From Mustelus asterias (Eukaryota), in the NCBI RefSeq assembly GCF_964213995.1, contig NC_135819.1, positions 66,712,001 to 66,776,000 of the forward strand: a stretch of 64,000 nucleotides of DNA. The letters run 5' to 3'. Below are positions 12,065-24,699 of this stretch, piece after piece (the first letter of the stretch is position 1; the number at the start of each line of letters is the position of its first letter). A model generated the notes under the pieces. That model searched no databases and was not told the DNA's origin. It saw only the letters and a program-made list of their open reading frames with translations. Made by a program: the position numbers and the translations under genes.

Positions 12065-12316
12065 TAGAAGCTCTATCATGCAGAAGAGGCCTTTCAGTCC
12101 ATTGGATGTCCACAAACTCTGAGCATTCCATCCAGGCCCTCCCCTCTGCCCTATTCCCATAACTCCATACATTTACGATGGCCAATCCACTTAACTGTGG
12201 AAGGAAACTCACACAAACATGGGGAGAACGTGCAAATTGCGCACACACACCCAAGATTGGAATCGAACCTGGGTCCCTGGCGTTGTGAGGCAGCAGTGCT
12301 AACCACTGTGCCACCC
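12065..12316 (-). mobile_element. HE1-type V-SINE, internally deleted
   Basis: Head gggtggcacagtggttagcactgctgcc, box B and degraded CR1-type tail. Confidence 0.8.
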
Positions 12317-12472
12317 TGCAGCCTGTCAGGGCTCAATGTGGTCCAATGAGTTGTCCACTACTTTCCAGGTCCAAGATCATTGCCTCTGGTTGACGTCAAC
12401 ATGCAGGTGATGGCAGATGTGCTACTGAGGTCTTAAGGAAGAAGCAGAACAGAAACATGTCTACCTACACTA

Positions 12473-12542
12473 TAATGTGGAGATGCCGGCATTGGACTGG
12501 GATGGGCATAGTAAGAAGTCTCTCAACACCAGGTTAAAGTCC
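12473..12542 (-). mobile_element. Penelope pseudo-LTR tail fragment
   Basis: tgtggagatgccggcattggactggg...aacaccaggttaaagtcc is the reverse complement of the terminus at 21515-21584. Confidence 0.8.
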
Positions 12543-12704
12543 TCTCTTTGTTTTCTCAAGTTCCACCCTGCACTTATCTAGACATCACTAATGCCTCTCC
12601 TGATTTGCTTCCCTTGTACCTGCTAAAAGCTTTTCTTTTCCTTCTCATCGTATCCTGAGTATCTCTGGTCATCCATGGGTGTCTAGGCTTGTTATTCCTA
12701 CCTA

Positions 12705-13825
12705 TCAGTAAGTTGACTTAACAACAGCCAACACAAACAGTTTACACATGTGCATGCAGTAAAACAAACAAGTAATTATGATTTCAAAACATATATACTA
12801 ATATTTTGAAAGTAATGTTCACTTTAGCCAAGCAGGGTTAGCGAAATGTCAATAGTTTAAAGCCAAAGGTCTGGGAACTGGTTAGTCAGCAGTAGTCTTA
12901 TCGGGAGGATTCCTATAAGGGAATATATGTTGCAACAATAATGAATAGATGCATTCACTGCCCAGACACAAGGATAGATATGCCCCTGAATGCAGGAATC
13001 TGTACCCTTTTCTGAAAACATTTCTATTCAACTTGGCAGACAGCCAGAGGGAACGTCCACTTTGACCTTGCGGTAGCGTTTGCTGTTACTAGGTTACAAA
13101 AAACAGTACAGCACAGGAACAGGCCCTTCAACCCATCAAGCCTGTACCAATCATGTTGTCCTATCTAGACCAACCGCCTGTATCCCTCTCTATTCCGCCG
13201 TTCATGTGTCTGTCCAGATGAGTCTTAAATGTCATGAATGTATCAACCAACTCACTTGGCAGTGCATTCCAGGCCCCCACCACCTTCTTTAAAAAAACAA
13301 GTTCCCCCACACATCTCTACTGAACATTTTCACCCCCTTACCTTGAACTTGTGCCCCCTTGTGATTGTCATTTCTGCCCAACTGTTCACCTTATCTATGC
13401 CCCTCAATGTTATAAACTTCTATCAGTTCACCCTTCCGCCTCCGTCTTCCCCAGGAGAACAAATCCAGTTTATTTAATCTTTCCTCATAGCTAATACCCT
13501 CCATACCAGGCAGCTTCCTGGGTAAACCTTTTCTGTACTCCCTCCAAAGTTATGGGGAAATAGTCAGAGCTAAGCAGGGAATAAGTTGGACGAATAAAGT
13601 ATCACCATGCTATTAAGTATCATATGGTTGGCTGAGGTACTTCAGATATTTCTTATTGTATAACTGTTAAATGAAATTGATTTTAAGCTAATGAAAGGTG
13701 GAATTATTGATTAGAAAAACTATAATTGATCTGTATTTGACTATGTACTTCAGATTTTTTTTGGAGAGATTCTGTCGCTCTATCCCCAGAGCTACTTAAT
13801 CCTTTGAGAGGCTCCGGTCACTAAT
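12705..13825 (+). mobile_element. Truncated LTR related to 29326-30181, interrupted by a minus-strand CR1 3' fragment (~13095-13548)
   Basis: Shares blocks catgtg.atgcagt.aaa...aaacaagt.attatgattt.aaaa and ttgattttaagctaat.aaaggtgg...ttattgat.agaaaa.ctataattgatctg with the 29.3-kb copy. Confidence 0.65.
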
Positions 13826-13921
13826 ATTTAAATCAGTCACACGCCTATTTTTCACCTCTTGTTCACATTCCTGCCCCGCCACACTAGTTGACCCGTGCAG
13901 AGGGACAGAAAAATCCCACCT

Positions 13922-16900
13922 GAAATCAGTGCAATATTAAGAGTGGATGTTTGCTCAGAAAATCTATATAGAATCAGTCTAGGTGGAGTTAAGAGGCCAC
14001 AAGGAATGGAAAACATTAGTGGGAGTTGTCAATGCTCCTCCAAACAGTGGCGGAAAGGTAAGGGGGTGGCATTAAACAGGAAATTTGAGATGCATGCTAC
14101 AGTGATCATGGGTAACTTTAATCTACATATAGATTGAACAAATCCAATTAGCAACAATACTGTGGCAGATGAATTCCAGGAATGTGTACAATTTTTTTTG
14201 ACCAGCATGTTAAGAAACATACTATTCTATTATGGCTTTTAACAATGAGAAAGGGTTAATTAATCTTGTTGTGCGGGGTTCTTCAAGGAATAGTGACCAT
14301 AACATGACAGAATTCTTCATCAGGAAGGAAAGTGAAGAAGTCCGATCTGAAACTAGTGTCCTAGATTTAAACAAAGGAGATTACAGAGGTATGAAGTGAG
14401 TGTTGGCGAAGATAAATTGAGAAACTTTGTTAACATGCAATGGCTGTGGATAAACAATGGCTAATATTTAAGGAATGAATGTATGCATTGTAAGTTATAC
14501 ATTCCTTTCCGACACAAACAAAAAAGCAGCTTCCCATGGATTACAAAAGAAATTAAGGATAGTATAAGATCCAAAGAGGAGTTATATAAAGTTGTTAGAA
14601 AAATAGCAAATCCACAGATTGGGAGTAGTTCTGTATTCAGCAAAGGAGGAGAAAGATTGAGGGGGGGTGGAGGGTGGGGGCAAGCAGAGCTTGAGAGTAA
14701 TCTTGATAGCAAGGTAAAAGCTTCTATTAAGTATATAAAAATTAGTGAAGACTCTTAGTCTGAAACTGGAGAATTTATAATCGAGAACAAGGAAATGTCA
14801 GAGCAATTAAACAATTCCTGTCAGGATTAAAGGCAAAGTAAATAGGAATAAGGAACCTTGGTTCTCGAGTGAGATTGTAACACTAATTAAGAGGAAGAGA
14901 GAGTTGTACGAAATGTACAGGCAGCAAGGAACAGATCAGATGCTCGAGGAGTATAAAAAGTGCAAGAAGCGATTTAAGAAGGAAATCAGGAGGGCCAAAA
15001 GACGACATGAGATTGCTTTGGCAGACAGAGTGAAGGAAAATCCAAAGAGCTTCTTTAGGTATGTTAGGAGCAAGAGGATAGTGAGGGATAAAATTGGTCC
15101 TCTTGAAGACCAGAGTGGTAGACTGTGTATGGAACCAAAAGAGATTAGGGAGATACTAAATCGTTTATTTGCATCAGTATTTACTGAGGAAATGGGCATG
15201 GAGTCTACGGAAATAGGGCAAACAGGTAGAGAGGTCATGGAACCTTTACAGATTAAAGGGGAGGAGGTGCTTGCTGTCTTGAGGCAAATCAGAGTGGATA
15301 AATCCCCAGGACCGGACAGGGTATTCCCACGGACCTTGAGGGAAGCTAGTGTTGAACTTGCAGGGGCCCTGGCAGACATATTTAAAATGTCAGTATTCAC
15401 GGGGGAGGTGCCGGATGATTGGAGGGTGGCTCATGTTGTTGCGTTGTTTTAAAAAAGGTTCCAAAAGAAATCCGGGAAATTATAGGCCAGTAGGTTTGAC
15501 GTCGGTGGTGAGCAAGTTATTGGAAGGTGTGATAAGAGATAGGATCGACAAATATTTGGATAGCCTGGGACTTATTAGGGAGAATTAACATGGCTTTGTT
15601 AGTGGTAGGTCATGTTTGACCAATCTATTAGAGTTTTTCGAGGAAGTTACCAGGAAAGTGGATGAAGGGAAGGCAGTAGATGTTGTCTACCTGGATTTCA
15701 GCAAGGCCTTTGACAAGGTCCCTCATGGGAGGTTAGTTAGGAAGGTTCAGTCGCTAGGTATACATGGGGAGGTAGTAAATTGGATTAGACACTGGCTCAA
15801 TGGAAGAAGCCAGAGAGTGGTTGTGGAGGATTGCTTCTCTGAGTGGAGGCCTGTGACTAGTGGTGTGCCACAGGGATGGGTGTTGGGTCCGTTGTTGTTC
15901 ATCATCCAGATCATTGATATAGATGGCAATGTGGTAAATTGGATCAGCAAATTTGCTGATGATACAAAGATTGGAGGTGTAGTGGACAGTGAGGAAGGTT
16001 GTCAAAGCTTGCAGAGGGATTTGGACCAGCTAGAAAAATGGGCTCAAAATGGCAAATGGAATTTAACGCAGACAAGTGTGAGATATTGCACTTTGGAAGG
16101 ACAAACCAAAGAAGAACGTACAGGGTAAATGGTAGGACTCTGAAGAGTGCAGTTGAACAGAGGGATCTGGGAATACAGGTACAGAATTCCCTAAAAGTGA
16201 CGTCACAGGTGGATAGGGTTGTAAACAGTGCCTTTGGTACATTGGCCTTTATAAATCGGAGTATCGAGTATAAAAGTTGGTGTTATGGTAAGGTTATATA
16301 AGGCATTGGCGAGGCCGAATTTAGAGTATTGTGTACAGTTTTTCACCTAGTTACAGGAAGGATGTAAATAAGGTTGAAAGAGTGCAGAGAAGGTTCACAA
16401 GGATGTTGCCGGGATTTGAGAAGATGAGTTACAGAGAGAGATTGAATAGGTTGGGACTTTATTCCCTGGAGCGTAGAAGAATGAGGGGAGATTTGATAGA
16501 GGTGTACAAGATTTTGATGGGTATAGATAGAGTCAATGCAAGCAGGCTTTTTCCACTGAGGCTAGGGGAGAAAAAAACCAGAGGGCATGGGTTAAGGGTG
16601 AAAGGAGAAAAGTTTAAAGGGAATATTAGGGGAGGCTTCTTCACGCAGAGAGTGGTGGGAGTGTGGAATGAGCTACCGGATAAAGTGGTAAACATTTTAA
16701 GAAAAACTTGGACGGGTTCATGGATGAGAGGGGTGTGGAGGGATATGGTCCAAGTGCAGGTCAGTGGGACTAGGCAAAAAATGGTTCGGCACAGACAAGA
16801 AAGGCCAAAAGGCCTGTTTCTGAGCCATAATTTTCTATGGTTCTAATTACTTTAGTTCTGTCTTCACGGAGGGAGACAACTTCCCAGAAAGGCTAAAGAA

Positions 16901-18215
16901 TCCTGGGTCTAGTGAGGAGGAGAAATTGAAGCAAATTAGCATAACTAAAAAAAGTCCTGGAGGAATTAATGGGACTGAAAGCCAATAAATCTCTAGGGCC
17001 TAATAACATCCCAGGGTAGAGGTGACCATGGAAATAGTGGATGTATTGGCTGTCCTCTTCCAGAATTCTGCACATTTTGGAGCGGTGTTTGTAGATTGGA
17101 CGGTAACAATTGTAACCCCACTATTTAAAAAAGGAGAAAATGGGAATTATAGACCACTTAGTCTATCAGTTGGAGGGAAAATGCTGGAGTAAATCATGTC
17201 TGACAAACCAACCAGGGTGTTTAGCAGAATAGGTGGTACAGGTGAATCAGTGGATGTGGTGTATTTCAATTTTCAGGAAGGGTGGGCTCCAGCAATTCAC
17301 AACATACATCAATGATTTGGATGAAGGAACCAAAAGTAATATTTCCAAGTTTGCTGATGGCACGAAATTTGGTGGGAATGTGTGTGGTGAGGAGAATGTT
17401 AAGAAGCTTCAAGGCGATTTAGACAAGTTGAATGATTTATTATGGTCACATGCATTAGTATACAGTGAAAAGTATTTCTTGCACGCTGTACTGACAAAGC
17501 ATACTGTTCATTGGGAAGGAAATGAGTGTGCAGAATGTAGTATTACAGTCATCGTATAATGTAAAATTACCCACTTAGAGAAACAGAATGGCAAAGTATT
17601 ATCTAAATGGTGATAGATTGGGAAATGTTGATGTACAAAAGGATCTGGGTGTCCTCGTACAACAATCATTGAATGCAAGCAAGCAGACAGGTACAGCAAA
17701 AGTTTATAGGTAAATGGTATGCTAACCTTCATTGCAAGAGGATGTACGTACAGGAGTAAGAATGTCTTGGTACAGCTGTGCAGTGCCTTGCTGAGACTAA
17801 ATCTGGGGTATTGTGTGCCGTTTTGGTCTCTTGTGTTAAGAAATGATATACTTGCCAAAGAAGGAGTATTAGCAAAAGTTCACCAGACTGATAACTGGGA
17901 TTGCAGGATTGTCATATAGAGAGATCAAGTTGAATGGGCCTCACTTCGCTGGAATTAAGAATGGTCACAGTTTCAAGATACAGAGTGGACTATTGAGGAC
18001 TGAGATTAAGGGAGGGTGGTGATCCTGTGGAATTCTCTACCACTAAAGTCTGTGAAGGCCAAGTCAATGAATATATTTAAGGAATAAATTTCTAGACTCT
18101 AAAGGTGTCAAAGGGTATAGGGACAGCACAGGAATATGGGATCAAGGATCAGCCATGATACTAAATGGCAGAGCAGGGAAAGAGTCAAAGCCTAGCTCCT
18201 ATTTTCTATGTTTCA
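13922..18215 (+). mobile_element. Old, deleted CR1 ORF2 hosting a younger CR1
   Basis: MGNFNLHID and SDHN endonuclease remnants upstream; FADGTK and YCVPFWS RT remnants and a tttctatgttt tail downstream. Confidence 0.8.
14817..16844 (+). mobile_element. Nested 5'-truncated CR1 with frameshifted RT
   Basis: ORFs at 14904-16846 encode DKSPGPD, LDFSKAFDKV, KFADDTK and FFTQRVV; aatt duplicated at 14813-14816 and 16845-16848. Confidence 0.92.
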
Positions 18216-18499
18216 AACAGGTCTGACCAATATTATAAAGGCATAGATAGCTGCCTTACACTTGTCCTCTATTCTTCTATAAAGCCAAACAACCTTCTGA
18301 ATTTGATTTGTGTACATACACTCCCAGGTCTGTTTCTACACCACCTTTAAAATCACACTATAATTTTTTTGTGTCTCCATTTTTCCTATCCAAATATTTC
18401 AATTCATAGTTCTCTGTGCTAATTTTTTTTCTACCATGAGTCTGTCCATTTCATCTGTCTTCCTGAATTCTGCCCCACCCCCTCATAGTATTAACCCTT

Positions 18500-18830
18500 C
18501 CCCAAGTAAGTTGGTCTCTCAGTTTGATTGAGTTCATAGCACTGCGACTGAGTTAAAATCACATTCCTAGAATTACACCATAGAGTTGTGCCAAGGAACT
18601 ACTTATAAATACCAAACATTGTCTGAGGCGTTAAACTGAAGTCTCACCTACCTGTCCTAGTGGTTGAGGTGGGTTCAATGGTATTATATTAGGAAGAACA
18701 GTGAGTACTCCCAGAGCCTTGGGCAACATTCTTCCCTTAGACAATACCACCAAAAACACATTAACATGTTATTTACCTAATTGTGATTTGTGACCACAAT
18801 GTAAATACAACATTTGTCTGAACAATTAGT
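18500..18830 (+). mobile_element. Ancient Deu-domain SINE (SacSINE/AmnSINE-like) remnant
   Basis: gaggcgttaaactgaag...ggaagaacagtgagtactccc...gggcaacattcttccc resembles the Deu core as I recall it. Other remnants are at ~20680-20770, 38590-38700, 49670-50000 and 56395-56545. Confidence 0.5.
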
Positions 18831-19785
18831 AAAATTAAAATTCAGTTTTTACAAAAGGAGAGCACACTGGACAGGGGATAAGTCCTGAATTGACGGCAGG
18901 CAAGATGAGAAATAATAAATGAGAGTAGAATATTTGGCATGTCAGTGAAGCTGGAAGACTCTTTGCTAGCACTTGATGTGAAACACCCAAAGAACATGAG
19001 AGAGAGGGAGAATTTAAATGGCACAGGTCCTAAACATTATATTTCGGGCATACTGAGGTATACCAGAGAAATGGAGAGTGGCCAATCTAGACTCACCTTC
19101 AAGAGGAGAGATAGTGTTAATCCTGCTGTGGTAAATATCCAGATTTTAAAAAAACAGAAGCTGCAGAAAGGAAGACTATGCTTGATGAGCCTGATCAAGC
19201 AAGATATGGATGATGTGATGTACAACATATGAACTTTAAGGAAATTTTTGACAAATAACTTGTTAAAAAGGAGGAAACAGATTAGGAGTCGTGAGCAGTT
19301 TCCCAGTGGGAAGTGAGACGCAGTGTATGAGGCTTCTTCATTTCAATGTACATACTGATTTAGATTAAACTAGAGTTGCTATAAACAGACAGAAATATGC
19401 AGAGAATTGACAGGAAAAAAACCACACAATTAGTCTCTAAAAATACACTGACAGCAAAAGAAATAACTGAAATAAGGGAAGGGAATGATGAACCAGCTGT
19501 TGGGAAGTTAGGAATGTTGGTGCTGCCCTGGAATTATGAGGTTCTTTGAATATGGTGCTGCTGTAAGTACGTATATATGGAAATTTGCAGCGGAATGTGC
19601 TCCAGCTGATGGCAGATAACAGTTGCTCCATAAAGCCTGATAAGTGGTGGAAACAGAATTAATAGTAGTTTTCAAAATGGAATTGGATAATGCTTGGCGG
19701 TAAAAAGTGCAAGGACGTGTAGAAAGAGCTGGGGCATGGAACTATATTGAATTTCTCTTCAAAAGATATGAAGATGAACTAATTG

Positions 19786-20052
19786 GCAGCATGGTGGTGC
19801 AGTGATTAGCACTGCTGCCCTCTTTTTAGGTCAAACCAAATATCACTAGAGACTCAGGTTTGATTCCCGGCTTGGGTCACTGTCTGCGCGGAGTCTGCAT
19901 GGGTTTCCTCCCACAATCCAAAAGGCATACTGGTTAGGAACAATGGCCATACTAAATTTTCCCACTGTGTATCTGAACAGCTGCTGGAATGTGGTGACTG
20001 GGGGATTTTCACAGTAACTTCACTGCAGTGTTAATGTAAGCCTACTTGTGAT
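19786..20052 (+). mobile_element. V-SINE, alternative-tail subfamily
   Basis: tRNA head, partly deleted V-domain, same tail as 3365-3610. Confidence 0.85.
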
Positions 20053-20259
20053 ATGAGAGGGCACCTACTTTGAATTCTCCACTGCTTCTTCTACAGCACT
20101 CAATTTTCAGCAATGACAATAATGAAAAAGCACAAAGTCATTGACCGCAAGATAAGCGTGTGCTCGCCAAAAAGCTTGCTTCTGCGTCTTGTTGGGATTG
20201 CTGCCCAGCACCAGGAAACAGGCAAAAAAACTAAAGTTTTAAAGTGCTTATTAGTGCTT

Positions 20260-20293
20260 TTCTCGGCCTTTTGGCTAAGATCAAATGTAGTAT
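20260..20293 (+). pseudogene. U2 snRNA 5' fragment (nt 6-39); a second shorter fragment (nt 7-24) is at 20372-20389
   Basis: ttctcggccttttggctaagatcaaatgtagtat has one mismatch to vertebrate U2 and includes GTAGTA. The Sm site and 3' stem-loops are absent. Confidence 0.85.
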
Positions 20294-20864
20294 GCGGATG
20301 CTGCACTTGGTTGAGGTCATTAGGTTACATTTAAGCTTCATTTTCATATGAAGCAATTTTTAAAAGCGGCATCTCGGCCTTTTGGCTAACATGCAATTGA
20401 GTTCAAGCCTTGGAGGAGGAAGACCTGCGCCTACTCCAATCAGCTTGGGTCACGTAGATCAGGCCCAAGACAGGGGTTGCAGGTCTTGTCAGCTTGGATC
20501 GGGAATGTCTCAACTTGTTGAGGCTGTGAATTGGACTTGATTTGATTTGAATTGGAAAAGTATTTTTAAAAAATGGCCTAAACCTGCAGTCCTAAAGGAA
20601 ATTTTAAAAACTGCCTGGGAATTGATCAATCCATACGATCTGCTGTTTGAGGCTCTGCACAAACTGTTGACTGCCTAATTACAGCAGTGACCGCACTTGT
20701 AAAATGACTGCACTGGCTGGAAATGTGGGGCTCTTTCTGCTGTGAAAGTTGCTGATCGAGATGCAAGTTATTTATTTCTGGTCGCTGCGGGTTTTGTTTT
20801 TAAACCAAACAGGCTGCAGGTCACAGCCCAGTGCTGGACTCTGTACTGAGGAGAAATTCCTTAC

Positions 20865-21170
20865 CTGTCAACAGGACACCAGGAAATGGCCGGACAACCT
20901 CATTCAAAAAAACAAGTTGACGAACTTTGTACACGCACGCACTAAGTCAGATTCGGAAGACAATAAATGAAAAATAACTTCGACCCTGCGTTCAAACAGC
21001 CGTGACCGATGTGGAGGCTGGACAGCCCATGCGCAGTGCAGCTTCACGGCGGTCCCAGCGGTGCGCATGCGCGGTTGGCCGGAGGTTTGAATAGGGGTCA
21101 GCCAACTGGAGACTGGCGAGATTGAAACCGGCGCAAATGGTCCACGCTCCGCTTGAACTTCCGCTCACCT
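20865..21170 (-). promoter_or_regulatory. CpG-rich promoter and probable non-coding exon 1 of the minus-strand gene
   Basis: Local CpG enrichment, NRF1 palindrome tgcgcatgcgc (21062-21072), ETS site acttccg (21157-21163) and a consensus minus-strand donor CAG|gtaagg at 20865. Confidence 0.6.
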
Positions 21171-21369
21171 TTCATCATTTAATTATCAAACCTTTCTCAC
21201 CGCTGCCTTTGTCCGAAGTCCCATTAAGTGTGTTCCGTGCTACCCGTGGCTGCAAGCTCGAGCTTCTCACCACCCTGAACAAAGGTTTCTCTTGATTTTT
21301 TTTTTCTTTTTCGATGTATTAACAATGATCTATACATAAATAACATTCTCTCTGTCACTCTAGCCCAGT

Positions 21370-21584
21370 AACAGTTTTAACAACACCAGGTTAAAGTCCA
21401 ACAGGTTTATTTGGTAGCAAATGCCATTAGCTTTCGGAGCGCTGCTCCTTTGTCGAAGGATGAAGGAGCAGCGCTCCGAAAGCTAATGGCATTTGCTACC
21501 AAATAAACCTGTTGGACTTTAACCTGGTGTTGTGACACTTCTTACTGTGTTTACCCCAGTCCAACGCCGGCATCTCCACATCAT
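21370..21584 (+). mobile_element. Short palindromic non-autonomous Penelope insert
   Basis: Near-perfect inverted arms of ~70 bp around 21455, a 3' extension ending ctccacatcat, and direct repeat ctctagcccagt at 21358-21369 and 21585-21596. Confidence 0.88.
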
Positions 21585-21599
21585 CTCTAGCCCAGTGGC

Positions 21600-21830
21600 A
21601 ACCGTGTGCACTATCAACAAGATGCACTGCAGTGACTCGCCGAGGTTCCTTCGACAGCACCTTCCAAACCTGTAACTTCTACCATCAAAGACCACCACCT
21701 GCATATTCCACTCCAAGCCATACACCACCCTGACTTGGAACTAAATCCTTCACTGTTCCTAGATCAAAATCCTGGAACTCCCTGACAGCATTGTCAGTGT
21801 ACCAACTCCCCCGGAATGCAGTAATTCAGG
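21600..21830 (+). mobile_element. 3' fragment of a second CR1/L2-superfamily LINE
   Basis: aagatgcactgcag...tcaaaatcctggaactccct (SKSWNSL); probably the same family as 50440-50990. Confidence 0.5.
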
Positions 21831-22671
21831 AACAAAATGCCCCCTAGTTCTGGATTCACCTTTTTAAAGTAGGAAATATCTTCTCTATATCAAATGCTTC
21901 TCTAATATTAAAGACCTCCCATCAGGTCGCCTCAGTTGCCTCTAGATGGGAAAAAGTGAAATGATGCACTTCATTGTGATCACAAAGAAATTTTAAATAA
22001 GAAAACCGCAGACTCATGACTACACCTGGCTCTACCTACATGTCTCTGCCTAAGAGGACTCCATCCTCGAGTGTGATTACCCACCCACACAGAGTCCCAA
22101 TTGGTCCCTTAAGCCAGAATAGCCTTACTCACCTTAGCCTTTAAAGGGACAATCACCACACAAAGCTTGTTCAATCTTTCCTGATGTACATAACCTCTCA
22201 GTTCTGGAACCACCTTTAAACATTTGTTGTTGCCATCACCTGCTCTATCATTTAATAAGATAATGGCAAATCCTCAACCTCATTCCACTTTCCTGCCCAA
22301 TCCAAATGCCTGAATCCCATAGAAACTTATCTATCAATCTCAGCCTCGAATAGATGCAATAATTGAGCATCCACAGCCTTCTGGGTTAGAGAATTTCAAA
22401 GAATTCACAATTGAGGGGAAGAAAAATCTCTCGGTCGCATTAGTTAATCCCTTATCCTCAGATTAGGTCTAAACTCGCCAGTCAAGAAAACTCCCCTCTC
22501 AGCATTAACCCTGTCCAGCTCCCTCAGAAATTTAATTGTTTCAATGCGATCATTTCTCGTTCTTCTTGACTCCAGAGAATATAGACCCATTCAATTCAGT
22601 CCTCATTGGATAACCCTCTCATTCCAGGAATCAATTCAATGAATCTATATTGCATTCCTTCCAAGGTAAGG

Positions 22672-24491
22672 GGGTACTTGCTAGAGTGGTTGGGGAGCTT
22701 TTAAACCAATATGGCAGGGGGATGGGAACCTTTGCAAGGATTCAGGGCAGGGGAAATTAAGAACAAGAAGAAAAGACAGAAAGGAGAATAAGGAAAGTGA
22801 TAGGCAGAGAAATCAAGGGCCAGCGTCAGATAACGACAGAGTAAAAAATAGTAGGAACTGGAAACGAAATGTTAAAAGTGCCCACCTTAAGGTTTTGTAC
22901 CTGAATGCTCGGAGCATTTGAAACAAATTGGATGAATTAGTTGCACAGATAAATGTAAAGGGGTATGATATAGTTGGCATTACGGAGACGTGGCTCCAAG
23001 GTGAGCAAGGATGGGAACTAAAAATTGAGGGCTATTCAGTGTTTAGGTTACTACTGATTGGAGGGTAGCTAATGTAAGCCCGCTATTCAAAGAGGGAGAT
23101 AGAGAGAAAACAGTGAACTATAGTCGGTACTGGGAAGTTGCTAGAGTCCATTATCAATGATTACATAACTCAGCATTTGGAAGGCAGTGGTATAATCAAA
23201 CAAAGTCAGCATAGATTTACTATGGGGAAACCATGCTTGACAAATTATTGGAACTTTTGGAGGATGGAACTAGTAGAGTTGACAGGAGAACCAGTGGATG
23301 TAGTTTATTTGGGCTTTCGACAAGGTCTCACATAGACTACTATATAAAGTTAAAGCACATGGGATTGCAGGTAATGTCTTGAGATGGATAGAAAGCTGGT
23401 TAGCAGATAGGAAGCAAAGATTTGGCATAAATGGGTTTTTTTTTGATTGGTAGTCAGTGACTAACGGGGTTCTGCAGGAATGTGCGTTGGGACCCAAACA
23501 GTTCACATTATATATTAATGATTTGGAAGAGGGAACTAAATGTATTATCTCCAAATTTGCAAATGATACAAAGATGGGTGGGATGGTGAGCTATGAGGAG
23601 GATGCAGAGATGCTTCAGCATGATTTGGACCAGCTGAGTTTGTGGATATGTTGGCATATGCATGGCAGATGCAGTACAATGTGGATAAATGTGAGGTTAT
23701 CCACTTTGGTAGCAATAATAGGACGACAGATTATTACTTCAATTATTGTAAATTGAGAGGTGGATACTCAGTGAGACCTTGGTGGCCTCATGCATCAGTC
23801 GCTGAAAGTAAGTGCACAGGTACAACAGGCAGTAAGAAAAGCAAATGGTATGTTGGCCTTCATAGTGAAAGGATTTGAGTATAGGAATAGGGAAGTTTTG
23901 CTGCAATCGTATAAGGCATTGGTGAGGACACACCTGGACTACTGTATGCAGTTTTGGTGTCCTTATCTGAGGAAGGATGTCCTTGCTATAGAGGAAGTAC
24001 AGCAAAGGTTTGTCAGGCTGATTCCTGGGATGGCAGGTTTGTCATATGAGGAGAGACTGAGTCGGTTAGGATTATATTCACTGGAGTTTAGAAGAGTAAG
24101 AGGGGAATCTCATAGAAACCTACAAAATTTTAACAGGGTTAAACAGGGTAGATTCAGAAAGAATGTTCCCAATGATGGGGGAGTCCATAACTGGGGGTCA
24201 TAGTTTGAGGATAAGGGGTAAACCTTTTAGAACTGAGGCGAGGAGAAACTTCTTCACCCAGAGAGGGTGGTGAATGTGTGGAATTCACTGTCACAGAAAG
24301 TAGTTGAGGCCAAAACATTGTATGATTTCAAGAAGAAATTAGATATTGCTTTTGGGGCTAAAGGGATATGGGGCAAAGGGGGGATCAGGATATTGAATTT
24401 GATGATCAGCCATGATCAAAACATATGGTGGAGCAGGCCTGAAGGGCTAAATGGCCTATTCCTGCTTCTAGTTTTTATATTTCTATGTTTC
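22672..24491 (+). mobile_element. Internally deleted CR1 (ORF1/ORF2 junction, start of endonuclease, RT, 3' tail)
   Basis: YLNARS and TETW, then a jump to RT (KFANDTK, LDYCMQFWCP); tttctatgttt tail. Confidence 0.88.
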
Positions 24492-24699
24492 TGTCCTTAC
24501 TAGATGCAGAAACAAAAACTGTACACAGTACTCCAGATGTAGTTTCACCAACGCCATGTATAACTGTAGAAAGTCTTTCTTACTCTCTCAAATAACATAT
24601 GTGATTATGGCAAAATTAAATTAATTCCTCTGCCTCCTTTTTGACCTGTCTGCGGTCTTTGGCACAGATGATCACAGTATCTTCGTTCAATACCTCTCC

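Noticed and set aside
20260-20450. Functional U2 snRNA gene
   Set aside because: The match stops at nt 39; there is no Sm site, stem-loops III/IV or 3' box.
21160-21175. Second minus-strand donor AAG|gtgagc
   Set aside because: It overlaps the ETS motif and has no identifiable exon or promoter upstream; left unresolved.
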